Assembly: GCA_026026165.1 (NCBI GenBank)
Contig: JAPEUD010000010.1
Location: 62,001 to 126,000, forward strand
DNA from: Sarea resinae
Taxonomy: Eukaryota
Length of the DNA stretch: 64,000 nt
Direction of reading: 5' to 3'
A model generated the notes under the pieces. That model saw only the letters and a program-made list of their open reading frames with translations, made no database searches and was not told the origin of the DNA. A program made the position numbers and the translations under genes. Positions 13,245-22,327 of the stretch are shown here, piece after piece. How positions within the stretch are numbered: position 1 is the stretch's first letter; the number at the start of each line of letters is the position of its first letter.

Positions 13245-13418
13245 AAAACGGAGATGAAATGTATCTTGGATACAGGGATCCTGGAAGCCCGGCCGACCTG
13301 ATAAATCCAGTGATAACAGCATCCCTTCAGCTACTGCCAAACAACTACGGCATTGAGAAAACCTGATCCCCAAGGTTTTCGTAGGATCACCCCGGCCAGG
13401 GTGATCTGAGTTTTTTTT
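13245..13418 (+). ncRNA. Putative structured box C/D-like ncRNA, probably Pol III-transcribed; family unassigned
   Basis: Terminal AAAAC/GTTTT stem closing GAGATGA (box C-like, 13251) and TCTGA (box D CTGA, 13406-13409). Five successive hairpins, two with perfect 8-bp stems. Followed by T8 and a downstream B box. Confidence 0.55.
13411..13418 (+). terminator. Oligo-T run (T8), candidate Pol III terminator
   Basis: TTTTTTTT directly after the last hairpin/box D. Confidence 0.45.
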
Positions 13419-13477
13419 AGGCTGCGGCAGCGCCTTGGGATGTTATGTACCTTTATTGCCTGTATGGGACGGCGGAC

Positions 13478-13487
13478 GTTCGAATCC
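13478..13487 (+). promoter_or_regulatory. Pol III B box (GTTCGAATCC), not within a tRNA fold
   Basis: Perfect B-box core 60 nt downstream of the T8 run. The flanks do not form a T-arm or cloverleaf. Confidence 0.55.
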
Positions 13488-13818
13488 AATACTCTACGAG
13501 TCTGTTTTTTTCTTCTGATTATTCTGATAATTGGGGTTTGGGGTGGTGAATGTCTGAGCATCCGTCGATATCTTGACGGACTGACCGATTGATACTGCGC
13601 AAGTGGTATCCCGAGGCTGCCCAACGAATTGCTTCAACACCGACCACTCCAGCGATAGACGTAATGACCGCCTTGATACAGGATATCCCATGTTAAAGTT
13701 ACGGAATCTCCAACCAGCAGCCACAGTCCAAGAACCCGCATGCTGCAGATTCGGCTGTTGATATCTACCCGTTCCCGACAGACCTGATCTCCGATCCCGA
13801 GAGGATCGAACGGCTGCC

Positions 13819-14688
13819 ATGAGTGCTCCACCGTCCATCAAGCCGCTCCCCTCCAACCCGCTTCAGCAGCAGCAGGCCGTGCAACGCACGCCGACAGCCG
13901 GGCTACGATACCCCTCAAACCGGAAGACCATCTATGACAGGAATCTCAATCGCAGTCGTGCCAGCGAGCTGAATCGCGCCAGCTTCGCGTATCTGTTCGG
14001 TGAGATGGTGAGCTATGCGCAGCGACGGGTGACGGGCATCCAGGATCTGGAAAAGAGGTATGTCTATTTCTGGTCTGCTCAGTTGTAACTCTGTCTTCGG
14101 TTGTCGTGTCAAAAGCATGGCCTATCCATGAGCGGGCGAGAGTGCCATTACTTCGCGGGAGAGCCGGACGGAGGGTCTCAATAGAGAGAGCCCCTTTATA
14201 TCATCGCACACATCCAACGTTACGATTGAAGCTAACACGACGGAACTCCCAGACTGAACGCACAGGGCTACCCCCTCGGCATCCGTCTCCTTGACCTTCT
14301 CCTTTACCGCGAACCCCCCCGCTCCGCTCATCGCCCCACCCGCATCCTTCCCCTCCTCCAATTCATAACCACAACCCTCTGGCGGCATCTCTTCGGCCGG
14401 CCTGCGGATGCCCTCGAACGCTCCAAAGATCACGAGGACGAATACATGATTTCCGACAACGACCCTCTCGTCAATCAATACATCAGCGTGCCCAAGGAGA
14501 TGAGCCAGTTGAATTGCGCGGCGTATGTGGCAGGGATTGTCGAGGGTGTGTGCGATGGGACGGGGTTTCCGGCCAGAGTAACAGCGCATGGAGTTGGCAC
14601 CGAGATGTGGCCCGGAAAAACCGTGTTTCTGATCAAGTTTGATATGGAGGTGTTGGAAAGGGAGGCGTTCCTGGAGAAGGGAAAGTGA
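13819..14688 (+). CDS. TRS31: TRAPP complex subunit Trs31 (TRAPPC5)
   Basis: SFAYLFGEMVSY, LEKR|LNAQGYPLGIRLLDLL, EYMISDNDPLVNQYISVPKEMSQLNCAAYVAGIVEG. Intron 14058-14252. Confidence 0.96.
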
Positions 14689-14904
14689 TAGACCTGGGTG
14701 AGATTTAGGATGTAGGGGACTCTTTCGTCCTCTTTCTACGCGGGGCTCGATCAGGAAATGGCTGGTTTTCGGCGCTGAAATGCATTTTGACGGCGTTTTC
14801 CCTTTTCGTCGGGTTTGATGATATCACAGAAATGCAGCAGCGTGCTATCATTTTCGTTTGATCGTTAGATATCATTGGTTCTTTTAATTTCTATTCAATA
14901 CAAC

Positions 14905-16473
14905 CTATCTTACATCCACCTTCCGCCGCTTGTCCTCCGCATAGCGGCTATCAGGAGGAGGAGAATCGTGCGGTCTCTTTCGCTCCCTGTCATCCCGGTA
15001 TCGATTCCTTCTTGGTGACCTCGATCTTGATGCTGATCTTGAGCGTCGTCGCGGACTGGATCTTCTGCGATAATCCCCTCCATCCCTTCGGCCATCCCGC
15101 CGACCTTCTCGAGATTTGCTTCGTCGATTCCGTTCTTGGGGCCGATACGAATCTACCGCGTCTTCCTTCCTCTCCCTTCGCTCTGGAGCATCCTTCGTAG
15201 CTCTGGGACCTTGCGGCGCCCCCTCCACCGGCTTCCGCTCCCTTACCATACTAGCGTTCGCTCCCGTTGGCGCAGCCCCTGCCCGCTCGCGCTCCCGATC
15301 AGTCATGAAACGCTCATCTCTTGTGGGCCCGAGCCCTCCCTGCCCGCCTCCTCCCCTCGGGCCCCCTCTATCTGATGCACCCCACATGCCCGTGTCCTCG
15401 CTCTTTAGGTCCTTATATTTTGTCCTCCCCTTCCTGCCCAGCTTCGTCATATCCCTAATCTGCATATACTGCGGCAGCAGCTCGCGATTACCGCCATCGT
15501 CCTGATACCGGGCGCCCATGATATCGCGTTTATCCAGATCCTGCGCCTCAGCGTCCGGCTGGAAAAACGCACCCTTATGATAGTACTTCTGCATGTAGCC
15601 CATCTTTCCTCTGCCCTCGCGCTCTTCCTTCTGCTGAGCAATGTACTCACGGTCTTCGACCTCGCGCTCCTCCTTGCTGAGGTTGCGTCGGCGCTCGATC
15701 TCCTCCCGCTCCTTCTCCGCCTGCTCGATGACCTCGCGTTCCCGCTTGACCCGCTTCAATTCTCTGAGCTTCCAGGCTGCGCGCTCGGCTTCCGGGTCCA
15801 GGCCGTCGGTGTCGTCGACGGCGTCCAGGTCTCCCTCTTCGTCGTCGTCCCAGTATTTCTTCCCTGCTGCGCGGGCGGCGGCTTGTTTTTCGAGCTGTTC
15901 CTGAACGAGCTCGTCGGCTTTGGCTTTGCGGCGGGCTTCCTCCTCGGCGTATCTCTCTTCTTCAGACTTGGCGGCTGCTGCGGCCAGGGCAGTGGCCGTG
16001 GGGCTGCGTTTGTCTTTTTTTATGAAGGTGGGTCGGAGGAGGATGCGGGGGGCTTCATCTTCGCTGCTGCTGCTTTCCTCCTCCGAGCTTTCTTCCTCCT
16101 CCTCCCCAGAGTCTTCCCCGCCTTCTTGTGAGCCTTCGTCTTCATCTTCCTCTTCGCTCTCCTCTGTCACAAATCCCTCTTCGGCCTTTGCACGCTCTGC
16201 TCTCTCGGCTTCTATCCTGGCGGCTTCGTTGGCGGCAGCGACACGGCGGCGGGCGTTAAGGTCAACGTTCTTGAGGTTACTGGTGATTTTGGTAGCCTCG
16301 GAGGGGAAGGAAGTTGCTTTGGGTGGTGGAGGGGCGGATTGCTGCTGTTGTCCCTCTCCTGCTTCTTCGCCGGAGTCTTCTTCTTCCGATGAGGAGGCAT
16401 CTTCGGCGATCGCTTTGCCAGGCCGATATCGAGCTGGCCGGACAGGATTCGCGGTCATGCGCTTGGGAGGCAT
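14905..16473 (-). CDS. MFAP1: MFAP1/Spp381-like spliceosomal B-complex protein
   Basis: RYRPGK, acidic tract, DDTDGLDPEAERAAWKLRELKRVKRERE, YMQKYYHKGAFF, GRKGRTKYKDL, RS-rich tail. Confidence 0.93.
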   Translation of the reverse strand: MPPKRMTANPVRPARYRPGKAIAEDASSSEEEDSGEEAGEGQQQQSAPPPPKATSFPSEATKITSNLKNVDLNARRRVAAANEAARIEAERAERAKAEEGFVTEESEEEDEDEGSQEGGEDSGEEEEESSEEESSSSEDEAPRILLRPTFIKKDKRSPTATALAAAAAKSEEERYAEEEARRKAKADELVQEQLEKQAAARAAGKKYWDDDEEGDLDAVDDTDGLDPEAERAAWKLRELKRVKREREVIEQAEKEREEIERRRNLSKEEREVEDREYIAQQKEEREGRGKMGYMQKYYHKGAFFQPDAEAQDLDKRDIMGARYQDDGGNRELLPQYMQIRDMTKLGRKGRTKYKDLKSEDTGMWGASDRGGPRGGGGQGGLGPTRDERFMTDRERERAGAAPTGANASMVRERKPVEGAPQGPRATKDAPERRERKEDAVDSYRPQERNRRSKSREGRRDGRRDGGDYRRRSSPRRRSRSASRSRSPRRNRYRDDRERKRPHDSPPPDSRYAEDKRRKVDVR

Positions 16474-17089
16474 GCTGCTTGGTGCTCTGTTTGATTTGGA
16501 AGGAAATACTGTGAGGCGTCTATGTTACTGATGTATGCGAGAGAGGGAGAGCTGCTACGTCGTGTCATGACATTTCTTAAAAAGTCTAAGTATGTCGTAA
16601 GTGATCACTGGGTCGTCGTTGGGACTTCTGTATTATTATGATTTGAATTGGATCGACAACCATCGATGGACGAGTTCTCGATGAAGGACATAGACCTACG
16701 GGCGTCTAGTCATGCCATGTACGCATAAAGTTATCGATAGCCCGCATGAGGCCCCGCCCTAATCAGTACTGCACCCAGCTAGAGCAGATCCTCTGACTAT
16801 CCGAGTAGACGGAAGCTCTCATTTGATGCTGGATGACGCTCGGGGGCATTAGAAGAGACGTTGTGAAGCTCTTCTCGAGCTCGTTCCACCTTACTGCCAA
16901 TCACTCCCTGTAGAACTAAAAAACAGGATCAACGTTCCTTTGACCAAAGATTTATACTGCTTTTCCGTCATGCCGACCTTCAGATTTCAAGACATCAATC
17001 AATGCCTGGGTATTGACTAGACCAAACTCAAACGCCATATCGTCCGAAATGCTACGCCTTGGAGGCTCTTCATGATGCCCGCGCTTGGA

Positions 17090-17758
17090 TCATAAGATCT
17101 CGTCCTCGTCATCAGCTTCCCCCGTGACGTTCTCTGCGGTCTTGACTGGCGCCGGCTGCGTGATGGCTGCTATGCTCGAGTCTGGAGCACCATCGTCTAC
17201 GGTGTCCTCCACCATCTCTTCATCTTGCCAGACGTCGTCGCCGTTGTCGCCGTCGTTCATGTTCTGTTCCTTCGATTTGGAAGACAACTTCCCATTAAGC
17301 TCTTCCCAGGCCGCCTTGGAAAGTAAATAATCAGCACACATGGTATCATGCAGCTTTGGCATAAGAGCCTTACCCTCCTGTCCTTCACCGTCTTGCCCCT
17401 TCCAAGGCTCTTATGGACCTTCTTTTCCGTTTTGTCCATAACGATCTCGGCCCTTTCCATGCCTTTCTCCTGTCGCCTCCGCTGCTGTCTGCTCATTGAC
17501 TTACCCTTCTTGCTCTTCTTGACGCCAGAGCCATGTTGGGCTGCAAGAACGGCAGGTCGATGGTTGGGTGTCTCAGGTGGAGGTTTGATGCTCGTAAGGG
17601 ATTTATCTAGGTTCAGCGATGGGGAAGTTGCGCGTTTTGCGGCGCGCGAGTGGATCGAGGTAGCTTTTTTTGGGGGGTAAGTTGACGATGCAAAAGTTTT
17701 CAATTGGAGATGAAGCCTCACATTGTGAATTTTTCTTCAGCTTCGCCGTCTTCGCCAT
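17090..17758 (-). CDS. ALB1: Pre-60S shuttling factor Alb1/Ecm1-like
   Basis: MAKTAKLKK...SIHSRAAKRATSPS...GVKK...RRRQEKGMERAE...K+KS..R...VKDRR|AAWEELN. Introns 17721-17664 and 17373-17315. Confidence 0.85.
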
Positions 17759-18164
17759 TTTTGGAAGTTCTCTTCGTCGTGGTTCTATGCGCTCGATAAT
17801 AATGATCAAGCCCTCCCAGGCTGGAGAGTGTGCGGATTCTGGAAAATTTACGGCGAAGCATTACTGCCTCAAGCGCGGATATTTATTACGTCGCCCTCCA
17901 CAATCCACATGCCCTCGCGGCTCTCATGCTCTTCGTTCCTTCCCGACACCTCGTATCCTCTACCATCCTCTGACCTCTAACCACTAACCCGCAACTCCCA
18001 TCGCGACTACAACGACAACAACGACAACAATAACACAGCATCATGCTGCGGCCACATTAGACTTCACATATAGATGTCTGCTCACTGCTTCTTTGCTGAT
18101 GATCCGGGCCCATCGAAACCGTATATGAGCCTCTCAAATCGTTTCCTCCTCTCTTTGCGCCGAA

Positions 18165-20597
18165 ATGAGCGACTTCAGCAACTTCGCACCCTATCCCGGC
18201 GCACACACGAACGATAATAAGGCGATGCCGCAGCCGCCATCGAACTCACTTGGAACGATCTTGGCCTACACACTGATCGTTGGTATCTCTCTATATTACA
18301 CTCTGGGATACCTCAGAATCAAGGTATCGGCACTCCCAAAGCTTCTCTGGAACTCCCTTGTTCATATCATGCCGTCTCGGCTTGAATTCGCTCTGGACAA
18401 ATTTCCTACCGGCCAAGATCAGATGCCAGGAGGGAATGGGTCAAACACCTCGATGAAGGACCTAACCGCGAAAGCCGCGATGAAGCGGATTCTGGGACTG
18501 GATAAAGGCAATATCCTACCCAGTCTGCCTAGTGCCCGAAGACTCTCGGAAATCGGATCGGTTTTGAAGGGTAGCCAGGCCGCTAGCCCTCCGGGTCTTG
18601 GGAATTGGGACAACTCTTGTTATCAAAATAGCGTCATTCAGGTTCGTCACACTCGAGCGTCGTCAACGGCAAAGTCAGTAGATACTAATCCTCTACAGGG
18701 TCTGGCATCACTCCCTTCTTTGCCTAGATATCTCTCGGGAATGGCGCGGGAATCATCCTCATCAAACTCAAGGTCGACGAATGCTGCTCTTCGGGATATC
18801 ATCGAGAAATTGAACGAGCCTTCGAACAATGGACGGCATTTCTGGACGCCGACGGAGCTGAAGTCGATGAGTAGCTGGCAACAGCAAGATGCTCAAGAAT
18901 ACTTTTCGAAGGTGTTAGACGAAGTCGACAAGGAAGCTATGCGAACATGGGAGATGTCAAGCAAGGATGGGGGACTTCTGGATTTTGGCCGCGACTCACA
19001 GTCCAAAGGATCAGAGAGCAGTCAGAAGACAGATGGCCCCACCACCGCTCGAGCCTTATTGTCGAGATCCCAAACGACGACACGCTTCGCCCGAGAACCA
19101 TTACCGTTAAGAAATCCTCTGGAAGGCCTTCTTGCCCAGCGGGTTGGGTGCACGCGTTGTGGCTACTCGGGAGGGCTGTCCTTGATCCCTTTCAACTGTC
19201 TAACAGTACCACTCGGAAGTGCATATTCTTATGACCTCCGCCAGTGCTTGGACGACTACACTGAGCTTGAATTGATCGAAGGGGTGGAATGCGCGAAATG
19301 CACTCTCTTGCGCAATCAGCAGCAGCTGGAACGCCTCTTGCAGGCCGACTCGACGAAAACGGATAGCACAAGTTCAGGGAAGCCAATGGTCTCAGAGGCG
19401 CTACGCAAGTCTGTAGAGACTCGATTGCAGGCCGTCACGCAAGCTTTGGAGGATGATGACTTTTCGGAGAGTACATTGAGCAGCAAATGCATGATTCCCT
19501 CCAAAAGTCGTGTCACGTCGACGAAGTCGAGGCAAGCGGTAATTGCGCGTGCGCCACAGTCGTTAGTGGTCCACGTCAATCGCAGTATGTTTGACGAGAT
19601 GACTGGCGTTCAGCGAAAGAACTACGCGGATATTAAGTTCCAAAAGACGTTGGACTTTGCTCCTTGGTGTCTCGGGCCTTCAAATACCCCCGGCTCCGCA
19701 GATAATCCAGACGCGGTCGAAGAGTGGGCTCTTGATCCAATACAGTCCATGTTACGAAGAAACAACGAACTTCCTCCTGAGCACGAAAATCACTATGAGC
19801 TTCGTGCGGTTATCACACACTATGGGCGTCACGAGAACGGCCATTACATATGCTACAGGAAGCATCCTTTCTCCGCAAGCACGTCAACAACAGACGATGT
19901 GAAGACCCCTACAGAAGACAATTCGATTGCAACGGAGAGATGGTGGCGACTCAGCGATGACGACGTGACGATGGTGAGCGAGCAGACGGTTTTGGACCAG
20001 GGAGGTGTATTTATGCTGTTCTACGAGCATATCGAGGATACTCCTAGGAAAAACCAAAGTGTCCTTTCGAAGCTGGATTCCGTTGCGGAGACATCTTTCG
20101 GTGAGACAACAACTATGGTCGAAGAGCCTATCGAAGTTAATGGACAAGATTTGCCACCTGGAGTGGACGAAGCGAGATTGGCGATCGGCCAACAGGCCCT
20201 TGCAGACGGAGCAGATGTTCCGAAGCCTGCGCCTCCCTCAAACCATACACCGCTAAGAAAGTCAGAGCTCGTCCGAAGTCCGAGTCAAAACAACCTACAG
20301 GCCATGGACACCTCCAAATCGCCATTTAAGGTATCAGAAAGCCCGCAATCACGTCCATCAAACATAAATTCCGAACGACGGCCGGAATCACCTCCGACAA
20401 TACTATCACCATCCTCACCAGCAGGGTCCACCTCTGCAACTCCCCGACGATGGCCCTCTCCTCAACAACAACAACAACCAAGCAGCCCAGTCGCGCCTCT
20501 CATGCGAACCGCTGGCCGAGCACACCGCCACGACAGCAGAGACAGTAGTGCGGATAACGTCATATCATCTGGGTTTGCGGTCATCGCTGCGAATTGA
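18165..20597 (+). CDS. Ubiquitin-specific protease (C19) with N-terminal TM segment (Ubp16/USP30-like)
   Basis: Cys box GLGNWDNSCYQNSVIQ, QQDAQEY, His box THYGRHENGHYICY, WWRLSDDDV. Hydrophobic segment near the N-terminus. In-frame 57-nt intron 18642-18698. Confidence 0.9.
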   Translation: MSDFSNFAPYPGAHTNDNKAMPQPPSNSLGTILAYTLIVGISLYYTLGYLRIKVSALPKLLWNSLVHIMPSRLEFALDKFPTGQDQMPGGNGSNTSMKDLTAKAAMKRILGLDKGNILPSLPSARRLSEIGSVLKGSQAASPPGLGNWDNSCYQNSVIQVRHTRASSTAKSVDTNPLQGLASLPSLPRYLSGMARESSSSNSRSTNAALRDIIEKLNEPSNNGRHFWTPTELKSMSSWQQQDAQEYFSKVLDEVDKEAMRTWEMSSKDGGLLDFGRDSQSKGSESSQKTDGPTTARALLSRSQTTTRFAREPLPLRNPLEGLLAQRVGCTRCGYSGGLSLIPFNCLTVPLGSAYSYDLRQCLDDYTELELIEGVECAKCTLLRNQQQLERLLQADSTKTDSTSSGKPMVSEALRKSVETRLQAVTQALEDDDFSESTLSSKCMIPSKSRVTSTKSRQAVIARAPQSLVVHVNRSMFDEMTGVQRKNYADIKFQKTLDFAPWCLGPSNTPGSADNPDAVEEWALDPIQSMLRRNNELPPEHENHYELRAVITHYGRHENGHYICYRKHPFSASTSTTDDVKTPTEDNSIATERWWRLSDDDVTMVSEQTVLDQGGVFMLFYEHIEDTPRKNQSVLSKLDSVAETSFGETTTMVEEPIEVNGQDLPPGVDEARLAIGQQALADGADVPKPAPPSNHTPLRKSELVRSPSQNNLQAMDTSKSPFKVSESPQSRPSNINSERRPESPPTILSPSSPAGSTSATPRRWPSPQQQQQPSSPVAPLMRTAGRAHRHDSRDSSADNVISSGFAVIAAN

Positions 20598-21458
20598 TCT
20601 CTGAGTGTTTTTCCTTGGTTGGGCAGGCAAGGTGGTACAGGAGTTTCTCTCTTCCAGCGAGCTTAGGCAAGACACGCCGGATACAAAGTGAACGACGCTT
20701 TGTCTCGTCGCGTTGTCGTTCTAGTCATACACGGTGGCAGTTTATTATTGCGACGGTTCAGGTGAGGCGTTCGGGCTTGGGTTTGGTTTGCTGAGGCTGG
20801 ATGGTGGTAGGCGTAATGGATGTCTGGCGTGCGGCTTGCTCATTGCTTCACATTGACCATGTCGGGATATCTTGGCTGGCGTTTGCTGTTTTTTTCTTTT
20901 TTCGAAGCTCCGTCTTTCGACCCGACCTCAAATCCTGTGTCTAGGATACTTCTACGACCGAGTAAGGTTTACGGATACAAGTTAGACACATGTGAGCTAG
21001 TGCGTTACGATATATACTTTCGTTCGCTATATCATATATAGATTCATCTTATCGATAGGCTGTTCCCTAGTAAAGCCCTCCCACCTAGAACAAAGTCTAG
21101 GATTATGTCGAAATCTTGAAGATTGAGCAAAAGGAACGCAGCCTTGGCGCGGGCTTGATGAGGGAAAGGAGATTATAGATGACGAACGGAAAGAATCAAA
21201 CGCCTGAACGCCGGAGCGCATCCCTCCTCCGCCTGCACTTTCTCCTGGCCCTTTCTTTTTGATTTCTTTTCGCCTCAAACCGAGGAGACGCTGTCTCTGC
21301 AATGCAAATGTAGCCTAAGATTTCGATGACAGATTTGCTGTCCTTAAAGCTGCTTCGGGCTGTCGATAGAGCCGGCCGTTCGCCTAACATCTGGTGCATC
21401 ATCTGCTTCATCTATCTCCCCTCTCTCTCTTTCTACTTCTTCAATCAACCGTCTCCAC

Positions 21459-22139
21459 CTAGGCGTCGTAGAAGATCTCCTTGTATCGATGCGTGGCGTC
21501 GACCACGGCATCGACGGCTGTGAAGTCTGGTGAGCGTTTTGTGTTAGTCATGAGCATTGGACTAAGGATGGACAAGGTAGGGTGTAGGTCCAAGGTTGGT
21601 AGATGGCAAAGACAGAGAGATGGTTGGGAAGCCTCAGACTTGTCAGACACATGCTTGCTGAAATGACGCGGTAGATGGGAATAGGAACGAGGGCGCGACA
21701 GGGAAATAATGGGCAGTAATTAAGGTATGGGCGTGGCCATGAAGAGTTAGCAGCAGACACACCGATGTTGTTTCCGAAATCCGTCGCCGCAAGCACTTTA
21801 ATACTGAGGTCCGGATTGACTTTGCCGACGACTTCGACGGCGTTATTCAGCGTCAGATGGCTGTCCTGTTATCTCGTCAGCCCCAGCCCGTCCAGATCAA
21901 CAAGCATCGAAGTCATCTATCTGTAAGTCTTTTCATAGCTAACTCTCTCTCTATATCAAAACAAAGCACAGCAGGGGATGGGCTGCACACACCCGATTCA
22001 GATTCACTACTACAGTGCCGCCCGCATCGAGAGAAGCCTGTTCGCCGCGTAACTGAGTGACCTTGCCCACCAGACGTACGGTCTGGCCGCGGAAGTTGTC
22101 GAGATAGGGCGCGCTGATGCGCGGGGTGGCTTCTGTCAT
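21459..22139 (-). CDS. RFA3: Replication protein A small subunit (RPA14/Ssb3)
   Basis: MTEATPRISAPYLDNFRGQTVRLVGKV...|DSHLTLNNAVEVVGKVNPDLSIKVLAATDFGNNI|DFTAVDAVVDATHRYKEIFY. Introns 21992-21866 and 21761-21527. Confidence 0.93.
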
Positions 22140-22321
22140 GTTTGCCGGAAAGTCGTCTCGAATAATTGACTCGTGGTAACTTCTCCCAAGTGGAGGGAGT
22201 CAGCGCAGCGCAGTCAGGATGGGCGTGAGTCAGGTTTGGTGGTATGTGCGGGATGGTAGAGTGATGGATCTTCGTCGTCGTCGTCTTCGCCGCCGCCGCG
22301 TGAGGAAGCGCGCGGAAGAAC

Positions 22322-22327
22322 ACGCGT
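22322..22327. promoter_or_regulatory. MCB element (ACGCGT) upstream of RFA3
   Basis: ACGCGT with adjacent CGCG sites ~180 bp upstream of the RFA3 ATG, consistent with G1/S MBF control. Confidence 0.55.

Noticed and set aside
13371..13385. CAAGGTTTTCGTAGG resembles the 18S 3'-end helix (CAAGGTTTCCGTAGG)
   Set aside because: A 14/15 match is within chance for 64 kb against full rRNA. It is in the sense orientation and forms part of a local hairpin.
13420..13511. tRNA or tRNA pseudogene around GTTCGAATCC
   Set aside because: No T-stem, acceptor stem or anticodon arm can be formed, so it is treated as a stand-alone B box.
5104..16531. Long antisense/overlapping ORFs (5104-5823, 7734-8483, 15577-16131, 15920-16531)
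   Set aside because: Shadow frames of GC-rich or low-complexity real genes, with no independent motifs.
18642..18698. Apparent 19-aa insertion after the USP Cys box (similarly 810-881 and 40122-40175)
   Set aside because: These are stop-free introns of 3n length with canonical donor, branch and acceptor signals.
21991..22005. ACCCGATTCAGA resembling RNase P CR-V
   Set aside because: It lies in the RFA3 exon 1/intron boundary on the opposite strand, with no CR-I partner nearby.
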